A stretch of 64,000 nt of DNA. Source: an uncultured bacterium (GTDB lineage Bacteria > Zixibacteria > MSB-5A5 > CAIYYT01). Shown here piece by piece: positions 36,709 through 46,315 of this stretch (the stretch's first letter is position 1; each line of letters starts with the position of its first letter). Below the pieces are notes generated by a model. That model was not told the DNA's origin. It ran no database searches and saw nothing but the letters and a program-made list of their open reading frames with translations. The translations under genes and the position numbers were made by a program. The stretch is from assembly GCA_963707485.1 (NCBI GenBank), contig CAVPQS010000065.1:654-64653 (forward strand), in the 5' to 3' direction.

Positions 36709-38049
36709 TTACCCTCCATTGTTGGCAATGGGCACGAACTCGCCGACGAAGCCTTCTGGGCCGGTGTCGACGACACGAACCTGATGGAATCCGAGCGGCT
36801 GGGGTTTGCCGCACGGGACACGAATAGAAAAGTCGATTTCCGGCGCGTCGCAATAGAGTCGGCCGGTCACCGAAAGATTTTCCGAGTCGAATTCTTCGAC
36901 GATCATCGGGAGTTGTTTGCCGACGAGGGTCGAGTTGAAATCGTCCGCGTTTTCGTTAATGATGCGCATCAATTCTTCCTGGCGCGCTTTAATCTTTGCC
37001 TGCGTGTGGACGGTTTTGTATCGGAACGACGCGGTTCCCTCTTCGTGGCTGTAGCCGAAAACGCCGGCGCGGTGGATTTTTTGATCGGCGACAAAGGAGC
37101 ACAGTTCGTCGAAGTCCTTTTCAGATTCGCCGGGAAAACCGACGATGAAGGTGGTGCGCCAGACGGCGTTCGGGAGTTTGGCGCGCATGCGCTCAATCAT
37201 GTCGTAGACCTGGTCGCGATCGTAGCCGCGATTCATTTCCTTGAGCTGGGTATTTGAGATGTGTTGAATCGGGCTCTCAAGATACTGGCAGAATTTTTTC
37301 GACGCGGCGAAAAAGTCGAGGATATCGTTGGTCATGTGCTTGGGATGCAGATAGAACGGCCGCACCCAGAAATTGCCGGGCTTGGACTCGAGCATTTCCA
37401 GCAGCGCCAAAGGCCCCTTGCCGATATCGAAGCCATAATAGGCGACATCTTGCGCGATTAAGTCAAGCTCGACGACGCCGTGAGCGAGCAAGCGGTCGAC
37501 GTCGGATGAGATGGCATCGATCTTGCGCGAGCGAAAATCACCGCGCATCATCGGAATGGCGCAGTAAGAACAGCGGCAGTCGCAGCCGTCGGCGATCTTG
37601 AGATACGCAAACGGACGGTCGCGCAGAACCTGAACGGCGTGGGCTTCCTTGTACATGCTGGGCGGACGCGTGATGTAGGCTGAATCGGTGTCGAGCAAGG
37701 CGCCGATCTTGTCGTATTCGTCGATGCCGATCATGCCGTCGATTTCGGGCATTTCATTTAACAACTCATTAGGATAGCGTTGCGAGAGGCAGCCGGAAAC
37801 CAGCAAGCGCTGCTTCTTGCCGTTTGTGTTCTTAACGGCGGCGAGTTTGAGAATCTCTTCGATGGATTCTTCCTTGGCGGATTGGATAAACGCGCAGGTA
37901 TTGACCAACAGATAATCGGCCTGGTCGACGGAATCGGTTGTCTCGATGCCGCGCTGCTTGAGGTAGCCGAGAATTACGTCGCCATCGACTTCATTCTTCG
38001 GACACCCCAGTCCTTTGAAATAGACAAGCTTCTTGCCGTTATCGCTCAA
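36709..38049 (-). CDS. rimO: Ribosomal protein S12 methylthiotransferase (MiaB-like radical SAM + TRAM)
   Basis: MTTase N-terminal domain (GCPKNEVD), radical SAM CDCRCSYC, C-terminal TRAM. Probable TTG start at 38049 forming a TTGA overlap with the lolA-like stop. Confidence 0.8.
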   Translation of the reverse strand: MSDNGKKLVYFKGLGCPKNEVDGDVILGYLKQRGIETTDSVDQADYLLVNTCAFIQSAKEESIEEILKLAAVKNTNGKKQRLLVSGCLSQRYPNELLNEMPEIDGMIGIDEYDKIGALLDTDSAYITRPPSMYKEAHAVQVLRDRPFAYLKIADGCDCRCSYCAIPMMRGDFRSRKIDAISSDVDRLLAHGVVELDLIAQDVAYYGFDIGKGPLALLEMLESKPGNFWVRPFYLHPKHMTNDILDFFAASKKFCQYLESPIQHISNTQLKEMNRGYDRDQVYDMIERMRAKLPNAVWRTTFIVGFPGESEKDFDELCSFVADQKIHRAGVFGYSHEEGTASFRYKTVHTQAKIKARQEELMRIINENADDFNSTLVGKQLPMIVEEFDSENLSVTGRLYCDAPEIDFSIRVPCGKPQPLGFHQVRVVDTGPEGFVGEFVPIANNGG

Positions 38050-38672
38050 GGTACGCGGACCTCCTCGACGCCGGAAGGCGTTTTGAAGCGGAATTGGGTC
38101 GGAGCGATTGTCTCGCCGAGTTTCCAATCCTTGAAATCGAGAGTAATGTTGTTGTCGTTCATGTCGCGATAGATGACGCGGCGAACCAGCGACGTTTCGG
38201 TATCGATCAGGACTTTCATTGAGCGCACGTATTGGCTGTCATCCTTGGATTTGAGTGATATCTGATGGTACGGCTGCTTAGCGATTGTCGCAATAGAATC
38301 GTAGGAAAGCTCATAATGTTCCTTGAATCTAAAGAGATAATCGGCAGGAGTCACGACATCTTCGAGCCTGTCCATCGGCTCAATCGTAACCTGTTTATTC
38401 TCAACGGAATAGGTCCAAAGCGAATCGCCATCGGAGACCAGCGTTTGCTCGGGTGTTTCGACCCGAAATTTCTCGGGATACGAAAGCAACATAGCGCCGG
38501 AGGATTTGTCGTCGTCGAAAAAGTCCCCGGAAGCAACTACCTGCGTGAATTTGACGGAAAAGGTCTTGTTCTTGGCATAGACGGCCTCCGTCTTTTCGAC
38601 CACTTGGTTGGCCGTTACTGCCAAAAGTCTGGAAGTCACAATAAGGCATAAGAGGGTAATTCGCAAAAGCAT
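38046..38672 (-). CDS. lolA: LolA-like outer-membrane lipoprotein carrier protein
   Basis: 208 aa; signal peptide; LolA-fold-like sequence (SFTQ..., open beta-barrel family). Sits in a cell-envelope biogenesis cluster. Confidence 0.6.
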   Translation of the reverse strand: MLLRITLLCLIVTSRLLAVTANQVVEKTEAVYAKNKTFSVKFTQVVASGDFFDDDKSSGAMLLSYPEKFRVETPEQTLVSDGDSLWTYSVENKQVTIEPMDRLEDVVTPADYLFRFKEHYELSYDSIATIAKQPYHQISLKSKDDSQYVRSMKVLIDTETSLVRRVIYRDMNDNNITLDFKDWKLGETIAPTQFRFKTPSGVEEVRVP

Positions 38673-38691
38673 AATGGGTTATACTATCACT

Positions 38692-41100
38692 TTAAGCTGA
38701 AGGTTTATCTTTTTTAAGTTGTTCGAGATACGACTTGTCGACCAAAACTTCGCGGGCTTTGGAGCCGTCGTACGGTCCGACAATGCCGGTTGCCTCGAGC
38801 TGATCCATAATTCGCGCCGCGCGCTGGTAACCAATGCCGAGCCGGCGCTGGAGCAGCGATACTGAACCCTGCTTGTGGCGAATGACGAGTTCTCTGGCTT
38901 CAGGCAGTAATACGTCGTGATTGTTGCGCTCGATCATCGCCTTTTCGGATTCTTCAGAGAAAGCCTGCATCGGCTGAATTTCGGGCGCGGTTTCCTTGAA
39001 GAATCCGACCAGTGATTCGGTTTCTGCTGACGAGACGTATGCGCCATGAATTCGCAGCGGTTCCGGTTCCCCGGCGAGCAACAGTAGCATGTCGCCCATA
39101 CCCAAAAGTTTCTCGGCTCCGTTAGCATCGAGAATCGTGCGGCTGTCTACCTTTGAGGCGACCTGGAAGGCGATACGGGACGAGAAGTTGGCTTTGATCA
39201 AACCGGTGATGACATCAACCGAGGGCCTTTGCGTCGCCAGAATCAGGTGGATACCGACGGCGCGAGCCATTTGAGCAAGCCGCGTAATCAGAAGTTCGAT
39301 CTTGGCGGCCGAACCGGACATCATCATGTCGGCGAGTTCATCGACGACGATGAGCAGATATGGCAGCCGGTCGGCCTCGGGGACCTTGGCATTGTAGTCA
39401 TCGAGCGAACGCACGGACTGGGTCGCTAGACGCTTGTAGCGCTCTTCCATCTCGTTAACGGCGCCGGCAAGGACGGACTCGGCCATTTTCGGTTTGGTCA
39501 CGACGGGGCGCGCAAGGAACGGAATGTCGGCGTACACCGAGAGTTCGAGAATTTTCGGGTCGATGAAAATGAAGCGCAAAGTCTTTGGGGTATGCTTATA
39601 GATCAAGCTGGTAATAATCGTGTTCAAGCAGACCGATTTGCCGGAACCGGTCGAACCGGCGATGAGCAGGTGCGGCATGCGCGCGAGATCGACGACAAAG
39701 GGCTGCCCCATCGTGGTCTTGCCGAGCGCAAGCGGGAGCTTGTATTTACCACGCTGGTAGGCATCGGACTGCAGGATTTCGCGGATATAGACCTTCTGCG
39801 CCTTGCGATTGGGAATTTCGACACCAACGGCGGATTTGCCCGGCACCGGCGCGATAATGCGGATGCGGGAGGCTTTGAGCGCAAGCGCCAGATCATCGGC
39901 CAGATTGACGATCTGATTAATTTTGATGCCGGGCGCAGGCTTGAATTCGAAGCGCGTGATGATCGGGCCGGGATATTTTTCCAAGCTTCCGGGGATGACC
40001 TCGACGCCAAAGGTGTTGAGCGTCGACAGCAATGCCGTGGCGGTTTCTTCCAAGTCGGCGGCAGAGACAGTTGGTTCGTTCGACGGCGGGATTTGCATGA
40101 AATCGAGGGCCGGGAAAGTATAGCCGTCTTTGGTCACCCGCTGGGCACGGTTACTGAATTTGAGTTTGCCGCGTTTTTCCTGAACATCGTCAAGCGAAAG
40201 CGGTAGCTGCTCCGGCTCTTTGCGCTGGGCTTTAGTAATTTTTGATTCGGCGCGCTGAAGCTGCTCTTCGAAATCGCTTTCCGGTTGTGCAACCGGAGTG
40301 GTTTTCGGTTCAGCGACTTCATCAAGTTCCGGATCCGGTTTGCGTTCGCGGTGGAACAGGGCTTTGAGGCTCGGCCACCAACTGCGTGACTGCTCGCGCA
40401 AATGCACGGCAGCGGTTTTCGAAGAGCGGCCCGCGACCGCTACGCCGGTATCGATTCCTTTGCGAATAGCGCCGGGGCGAAATGGGATTATCGTGAAAAG
40501 CAGGAAAATCGCGGCTGCGCCAAGAATCGCAAATCCGCCGGCCACAGCAAACAGCGAGCGCGAAATCTTCGCCAGCGACCAGCCGATACTGCCGGCAAGG
40601 CTCTCCGTCAGCGTCGAATCGATGTTGGGATTGTCGAGGTCGAACAGATGGAAGATCGTGCCGACCACAAACACGAAGAGAAAAACCTGCAGCAGCTTGT
40701 TGCGCAGCCAGTTGTTTTCGTACTGGAAGAGCAAGCGCCAGCCAATGACGGCAAGAACAAAGGTCAGCAAAAATGAGCTCAGCCCGAGGATACGGAGAAT
40801 ATATTCGGAGACGCCGGCGCCGACGATTCCGGCGCTGTTGGCGACGTGGACATCAAGCATCTCGGAAAACGTCAGGCTGCGGTCGATTTCTTCTTCGGCA
40901 ATTGCGGCTTCGTCGTTGAGATAGTCGCCCTCGCTGATCGAATAGTCGGGGTCGCGCACTTCGACAGGTTTCTCGAAGCGCGAAATATCGGTCTTGTCGT
41001 GGCTCGCCAGGGAAATAAATAAGAAGATGGCGAACACGACGATCATGAAGCCGAGGATTTCCTTGCGGGAGCCGGACTGGAAGTAGGATTTCACACCCAT
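38692..41100 (-). CDS. ftsK: DNA translocase FtsK
   Basis: 802 aa; N-terminal TM helices; motor domain with Walker A GSTGSGKS; C-terminal gamma domain (winged helix) LLQRRLGIGYQRAARIMDQLE. Confidence 0.9.
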   Translation of the reverse strand: MGVKSYFQSGSRKEILGFMIVVFAIFLFISLASHDKTDISRFEKPVEVRDPDYSISEGDYLNDEAAIAEEEIDRSLTFSEMLDVHVANSAGIVGAGVSEYILRILGLSSFLLTFVLAVIGWRLLFQYENNWLRNKLLQVFLFVFVVGTIFHLFDLDNPNIDSTLTESLAGSIGWSLAKISRSLFAVAGGFAILGAAAIFLLFTIIPFRPGAIRKGIDTGVAVAGRSSKTAAVHLREQSRSWWPSLKALFHRERKPDPELDEVAEPKTTPVAQPESDFEEQLQRAESKITKAQRKEPEQLPLSLDDVQEKRGKLKFSNRAQRVTKDGYTFPALDFMQIPPSNEPTVSAADLEETATALLSTLNTFGVEVIPGSLEKYPGPIITRFEFKPAPGIKINQIVNLADDLALALKASRIRIIAPVPGKSAVGVEIPNRKAQKVYIREILQSDAYQRGKYKLPLALGKTTMGQPFVVDLARMPHLLIAGSTGSGKSVCLNTIITSLIYKHTPKTLRFIFIDPKILELSVYADIPFLARPVVTKPKMAESVLAGAVNEMEERYKRLATQSVRSLDDYNAKVPEADRLPYLLIVVDELADMMMSGSAAKIELLITRLAQMARAVGIHLILATQRPSVDVITGLIKANFSSRIAFQVASKVDSRTILDANGAEKLLGMGDMLLLLAGEPEPLRIHGAYVSSAETESLVGFFKETAPEIQPMQAFSEESEKAMIERNNHDVLLPEARELVIRHKQGSVSLLQRRLGIGYQRAARIMDQLEATGIVGPYDGSKAREVLVDKSYLEQLKKDKPSA

Positions 41101-41179
41101 ACAGCGAATTTAGGCTTGATGCAAGGCAACGTCAACAATAATAAAAACAAGGGTATTGGCGCGGGGACGGCGATTTGGG

Positions 41180-44100
41180 CTAATTCTGGAAGGACGAAAT
41201 GCCGCCGAAGAGCGCATCGCGGATGCCGCTTTCCGACTTTTCGAATTTAATGTCGGGCAGCAGCTTGACGTTAAGGCGGAAATAGTAGCCCTGGCGCGAG
41301 CCGTCGGGAATCCAGGTGAAACTTCCCTCCCAACAGTGCAAATCGCGATGGAGTTCGACAACCTTCTCGGTGCTTTCGTGGCCGCGGATGTTGTAGTTCT
41401 GGCGGAAGCTCATTTTCCAGTTTTTCGTAATCGAGAGTTGCACGCCGAAATCGATCCAGTTGGAGATGCTGGTCCGGCCGGATGATCTCGTTTCGGTGTA
41501 GCGCTGCGAAATCGTGTACTGCACGAGGCGGCTTGAAGTCTCGCCGGTAAGCGGATCATCGGGACTGTCCGAGTATGGTCCAACCGGAATTTTGAATGAG
41601 CCGCTGTAACCGGTGTTAATGCTGATGCTCTTTAGATACGGGTTCCACCACTGGAGCTTGCCGGTGTTGGGATTGTAGACATCGTGAGTCATCGAAATCT
41701 GGAACGTCAAATTCCGGATGGTCGGCGCGCGCAAAGACGAACTGACATCGGACCAATTGCGGGTTTTGCGCTCGAAATCGTAACTGGCAGAGACATCGTA
41801 GTTGAGGAAGTTGACCTTCTGCTCTTTCTCGGCGCGGAGATACTTCATCTGGAATTGGTTCGCCAGACGGAAGCTGACATTGCGACTGCGCGAACCTGAG
41901 CTGCCCCTGCCGGTGAACGCCGCATATTCCTGATTGTGGGTGATCTGCGGTTGATAATTGAAACTTGCCGACGGCGACATAACATGCCGCAGACCGGTCA
42001 CGCCGAGGATGTTCGGTGCGACCGTGCCGTAGAGATTGCTCGACAGGCTGACCGACGCGTTCCAACTTTGACGGCTGTGAAGTGATTCCATCGCGAGACC
42101 GGCGCTGTCAGCCTGGTCGGAATACGGCAGATAGTACCAATTGTCGCGGACGGCAACAGAGGGAGAGAGCGTGAACATGGCGGCCTTAAGCGGAGCGTTC
42201 AGGCGGAGATTCTGATCGAAGGCGGCGAATTTTCTGCGGGTTGCGAGACCGCCGGTGAGGACGGATTTGCTTTGCGAATTCACGAGCGAGTTGTCATAGG
42301 ACACATAGATGTCATGGTACCAGTGTTTGTCCTCGGCTTTTAGCGGCGAGCCGAACATCGGGCGCTGCGGGCGCGAGAAAGTCAACGACGGTAGACGCTC
42401 GGAATGGGCGTTGTTGTCAATGTCCTTTGTCTGGTCAATCGCAGCCGTGAATGAAGCCGACTCCCAGCGTTTCGAAACGCTGAATTGCGAACGCAACTGG
42501 CGGTCAAGACGCTCAGCGAGATTCGTCGAGTAGTCCGTAAAGTAGCTTTTGTCGGAGACGAAGGTGCCGCTTCCGGCCATCGAGATGGTTGGGTCAATTG
42601 TGTGACTATGAGAAAAGGTCAACTGCCCGCGTGTCCGCCGCCCGCGCGTGATATTCGAGAAGACAGTCTCGCGCGCATAGGAAGCCGATATCGAGCCGTT
42701 TAGTTTATAGCGCAATGCGTAGCGGACACCGGTGTTAAACTTCACGCCGATGTCGGAAAGGTCCATCGAGGTCTTCAAATCCCAGTAGTCGTTAACGGCC
42801 CAGTAATATCCGACATTGTTGACGAAGCGCGAGCCGCGCTCGAAATTGCCGAATTGCAGCGGCAGAAACCCCGAGTGGCGCTCTTTCTTGATCGAGAAAA
42901 CGAAATACGGCAGCGCCAGCACCGGCAGCGATTCGATATAGAGAACGACCGGACGAGCAAAGACTTTGTCATTGGTGACGAGTTTCATGTTGGAGGACTG
43001 GAAGTGAAAGTGCGGGTCCTCATTTTCGCAGGTCGTGTAGGCGCCGTCTTTGACGAGCACCGCATCTTCTTCCTCTTTGCGCAGGACGTTGCTTGAGTAA
43101 AACGCCTGCTCAAGTTGTGTGCGGCTCTTCTTAATCTTGCCGCGCATGTCGGAAAGATTGTAGACCAGCTCTTCGCCGGTGATGGCTTCTCCCCTATCCG
43201 TCAGTGTGAGTGGTATGACGCGGCCCGGGATCGTGTCGGGTTCGGCATAAGCAAAGACGATTTTACTATTGAGATCGTAGTCGATGCGGTGAGCATCGAG
43301 CACAATGGTCTGCTGTTTGACTTGCGCAGTTTGCTCGAGCTTGATCAGCCGCTCGGCGATTTTGAAGTGAATGCGGTCGGCTTTGTACGCGACAGTGTCA
43401 ATCTTGACGACATTTCCCACGGAGTCGACGCCGACGGGGTTCATGTAGACGCCCTCGGCGGAGGTGACGACTTTGACCTCGGAGAGTTCGCCAAAGAGAA
43501 ACAACAGCGTTGTCGAGTCGCCGGAGGCAATGTTGGAGCCGCTGCTGGAGGTGTCCTCGGGCGCCGGAGTGTAATAGGTGTAACTGTTGCCTTGAGCTTT
43601 GATCAAGTGCAGCAGATCGTCGGCGAAGAAGAAATCGATGCGTTCGGCGGTGAGGCGGCTTTCGTTGAAAATCAGCGTATCGGATTCCATGCCGGTTTTG
43701 GCGAGCTGGCGGAAGACGGCTTCGCCGCCCTCGTAAACTTCGATCTTCTGCAGCACTTTGTCTTTGGATTTGATAATCATCTTTTTGCCGCTCAGCTCGG
43801 AGCTGCGCTGGGAGGCTTGGACATTTCCGAAAAGAGTGATTTCCTCGCCGCTGGGGCTGACATTTGCGGAGTCCGATTCAGCGTTGAGACTTCCCTGCCG
43901 GATCTTGACATTGCCGATGGCGATTACCTGGTCGGTGGCGGCGAAGAATCGAATCGTGTCGGCGTTGATAATGGTTGGCACTTTCGGCAGGTCGAAATCG
44001 ACGGTCAGCTCGGGTTCGCCGGTCATGAACATCGACTTGTCGCGCTCGGCAAAGATTCCGCGTTTGCCGGTAATGCGCACATGGCGCGATTGGTCCTCGA

Positions 44101-44464
44101 CGACAACCGTGCCCCAGGCGCGTGTGATCTCGGTGCGTTGATCAAAGTGAACGCTGTCAGCGGCCAGCGCCTGATTGGGCTGGCGAACGCGAACATTCCC
44201 GAGCAGGCGGACGAATTGTTGGGCTTCGTACAAAACGCCATAATCGGAAATCAAATCAGAGGAGTCCTTGACGAAATGCACGTTGCCGATGAATTCGATG
44301 ACGGCGCCGGCGGGAGTTGATGTTGAACGGAGCGAGTCGGAGCCCTCGAAGCGAATTTTGGCGGCATCCGCGTTCGACGGCGCCAAGAGCCAGATCGCAA
44401 GTATGAGCGGAAGAAGTACGTTTCTCACGAGAATTAGATAACGATTCTCTTGGCGATTTCGCAA
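41180..44464 (-). CDS. lptD: LptD-like LPS-assembly outer-membrane protein (OstA N-terminal domain + large beta-barrel)
   Basis: 1094 aa; signal peptide; OstA/LptA-like repeats (GNVHFVKDSSDLISDYGVLYEAQQFVRLLGNVRVRQ...ADSVHFDQ); long C-terminal beta-rich region. Confidence 0.55.
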   Translation of the reverse strand: MRNRQENRYLILVRNVLLPLILAIWLLAPSNADAAKIRFEGSDSLRSTSTPAGAVIEFIGNVHFVKDSSDLISDYGVLYEAQQFVRLLGNVRVRQPNQALAADSVHFDQRTEITRAWGTVVVEDQSRHVRITGKRGIFAERDKSMFMTGEPELTVDFDLPKVPTIINADTIRFFAATDQVIAIGNVKIRQGSLNAESDSANVSPSGEEITLFGNVQASQRSSELSGKKMIIKSKDKVLQKIEVYEGGEAVFRQLAKTGMESDTLIFNESRLTAERIDFFFADDLLHLIKAQGNSYTYYTPAPEDTSSSGSNIASGDSTTLLFLFGELSEVKVVTSAEGVYMNPVGVDSVGNVVKIDTVAYKADRIHFKIAERLIKLEQTAQVKQQTIVLDAHRIDYDLNSKIVFAYAEPDTIPGRVIPLTLTDRGEAITGEELVYNLSDMRGKIKKSRTQLEQAFYSSNVLRKEEEDAVLVKDGAYTTCENEDPHFHFQSSNMKLVTNDKVFARPVVLYIESLPVLALPYFVFSIKKERHSGFLPLQFGNFERGSRFVNNVGYYWAVNDYWDLKTSMDLSDIGVKFNTGVRYALRYKLNGSISASYARETVFSNITRGRRTRGQLTFSHSHTIDPTISMAGSGTFVSDKSYFTDYSTNLAERLDRQLRSQFSVSKRWESASFTAAIDQTKDIDNNAHSERLPSLTFSRPQRPMFGSPLKAEDKHWYHDIYVSYDNSLVNSQSKSVLTGGLATRRKFAAFDQNLRLNAPLKAAMFTLSPSVAVRDNWYYLPYSDQADSAGLAMESLHSRQSWNASVSLSSNLYGTVAPNILGVTGLRHVMSPSASFNYQPQITHNQEYAAFTGRGSSGSRSRNVSFRLANQFQMKYLRAEKEQKVNFLNYDVSASYDFERKTRNWSDVSSSLRAPTIRNLTFQISMTHDVYNPNTGKLQWWNPYLKSISINTGYSGSFKIPVGPYSDSPDDPLTGETSSRLVQYTISQRYTETRSSGRTSISNWIDFGVQLSITKNWKMSFRQNYNIRGHESTEKVVELHRDLHCWEGSFTWIPDGSRQGYYFRLNVKLLPDIKFEKSESGIRDALFGGISSFQN

Positions 44465-44491
44465 GGTTTTCGGCTTAGGCGTTTTCCAACG

Positions 44492-44540
44492 GATTCTTCG
44501 CTTCGCTCAGAATGACAATGTTCTGTTTTTCCACAGCCTA
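44492..44540. repeat. Solo arm of the MITE-like palindromic element family
   Basis: 27 nt gattcttcgcttcgctcagaatgacaa identical to 3077-3103, plus a degenerate outer arm (tgttctgtttttccacag versus gattcgactttttcaacag). Confidence 0.5.
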
Positions 44541-44574
44541 TTGATCTACAAATCGGATGCGGACACCGAGAATG

Positions 44575-45348
44575 TTACGAATCGAGCTTGGCGTAGTTCC
44601 GCAAGATTCCGACGCCCTCAACTTCGATTTCGACTGTGTCACCATCGGACATAGGCCCAACGCCCTCGGGAGTGCCGGTAACTATCAAGTCGCCTGCGTT
44701 CAGCGTCATGACGTGATTCATGAACGAGATCAACTGCGGGATCGAGAAAATCATGTTCCGGCTGTTCGAGGATTGCCGGGTTGTGCCGTTGAGGCGCGAT
44801 GTGACATTCAACGCGAGACAATCCAGGCCGGTGACGAGATACGGACCGACGGGACAAAAAGTGTCGAAGCCTTTGCCGCGCGTCCATTGGACATCCTTTT
44901 TCTGAAGATCGCGGGCGGTGACGTCGTTGACGCAGGTGATGCCGAAGATGTTTTCGGCGATCTGTTCGGGCGACAATTTGCGGCAGGTTCGCGATAAGAC
45001 GACGCCGATTTCGCCCTCGTAATCGACGCGCTTGCTTGCGAGCGGCATGCGGATTGTGTCCTCCGGGCCGATGATCGCGGTGAGCGGTTTCATGAACGTG
45101 ACCGGTTCCTCGGGAATGGCGTTGGCAGACTGGCTCTCTTTGACATGGTCGGCGTAGTTCAGGCCGACGCAAACAATCTTGGTCGGAGTGACCGGAGCAA
45201 GCAGCTTAGCGCCCGCAAGCGGGACTGTGCGCCTTGTGACAGCATGCTTGCCAAGCAGATCACCTTCGATGGTCGCGATGTTGTCACCATCAATAATTCC
45301 CCACGTCGGCTCACCGTCGACGGCGATGCGGCAATATTTCCTAATCAT
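44575..45348 (-). CDS. Fumarylacetoacetate hydrolase (FAH) family protein
   Basis: 257 aa; FAH-fold motifs (VGLNYADH, YEGEIGVV, GTPEGVG). Confidence 0.8.
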   Translation of the reverse strand: MIRKYCRIAVDGEPTWGIIDGDNIATIEGDLLGKHAVTRRTVPLAGAKLLAPVTPTKIVCVGLNYADHVKESQSANAIPEEPVTFMKPLTAIIGPEDTIRMPLASKRVDYEGEIGVVLSRTCRKLSPEQIAENIFGITCVNDVTARDLQKKDVQWTRGKGFDTFCPVGPYLVTGLDCLALNVTSRLNGTTRQSSNSRNMIFSIPQLISFMNHVMTLNAGDLIVTGTPEGVGPMSDGDTVEIEVEGVGILRNYAKLDS

Positions 45349-46279
45349 CCAAGAGTCCTTTCACGTGTTCGCAGACTGAACGCCCGAGCGCGTCGAGCTC
45401 GTAACCGCCCTCAAGAAACGAGACGATTTTTCCAGCGCAATGTTTATTCGCGACACCGCAGATCATGCGGGTGATATTGTAGTAGTCCTCGTCGTGGAAT
45501 TGTGCCGATGCCAACGGATCTTCGGCGTGGCCATCGAAACCGGCCGAGATGAATATCAACTCGGGCCTGAATTCCGCCATCGCCTGCTCGAATCGCGGTT
45601 GGAGTTTGGCAAGTGCGGCGATGCCGGTTGTGCCGGCCTCGAGCGGAATGTTGATAGTGTAGCCCTCGCCGGGGCCGCTGCCCTGCTCGTGCGCAGCTCC
45701 TGAACCGGGATAAAACGGCCATTGATGCATGCTGGTGAAATGAACGGTGTTATCCTCGTAGAAGATAGCCTGCGTACCGTTGCCGTGATGAACGTCAAAG
45801 TCGATGATAGCGACACGCTTGAGTCCGCGGACGCTGCGGGCATATTGCGCGGCGCCGGCGATGTTGTTAAACAGGCAGAACCCCATAGCGCGGTCGCGTT
45901 CGGCGTGGTGTCCGGGAGGGCGAACGGCGCAGAAGGCGCGGTCAATTTCGCCGCTAAGCAGTAAATCAACGGCTTTGATACCGGAGCCGAATGCCAACAG
46001 CGCGGCGCGGGCAGAATGTCTGTTGATATAAGTGTCGGCGTCGAGCAAGCGCACGCCGTCAGGCTTGATACGCATGATTGAGCGGACGTAGTCGTGGTCG
46101 TGGACCAATTCAACATGCTCGATAGTCGCGAGCGGCGGCTCGAGCTCGACCAGTTGCTTCATCAGGCCGCTGGTGTAGATGGTTTTGTCGAGAGTAGCGA
46201 GACGGGCGGCGTTTTCGGGATGACCGTCGCAAGTATGCAGCAAGCAGTCTTCGTGGGTAATGTAGGCAACACGTTTCAT
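45341..46279 (-). CDS. Histone deacetylase family protein (AcuC/HDAC-like)
   Basis: 312 aa; RPPGHHA, DFDVHHGNGTQ, GFDGH motifs. Confidence 0.8.
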   Translation of the reverse strand: MKRVAYITHEDCLLHTCDGHPENAARLATLDKTIYTSGLMKQLVELEPPLATIEHVELVHDHDYVRSIMRIKPDGVRLLDADTYINRHSARAALLAFGSGIKAVDLLLSGEIDRAFCAVRPPGHHAERDRAMGFCLFNNIAGAAQYARSVRGLKRVAIIDFDVHHGNGTQAIFYEDNTVHFTSMHQWPFYPGSGAAHEQGSGPGEGYTINIPLEAGTTGIAALAKLQPRFEQAMAEFRPELIFISAGFDGHAEDPLASAQFHDEDYYNITRMICGVANKHCAGKIVSFLEGGYELDALGRSVCEHVKGLLDD

Positions 46280-46315
46280 AATCGGTAAATCAACTCGCGC
46301 ATAAATTGTGACACG

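Noticed and set aside
41110-41361. 83-aa ORF between ftsK and the lptD-like gene
   Set aside because: It overlaps the 3' end of the lptD-like gene in another frame. It has no motif and no Shine-Dalgarno.
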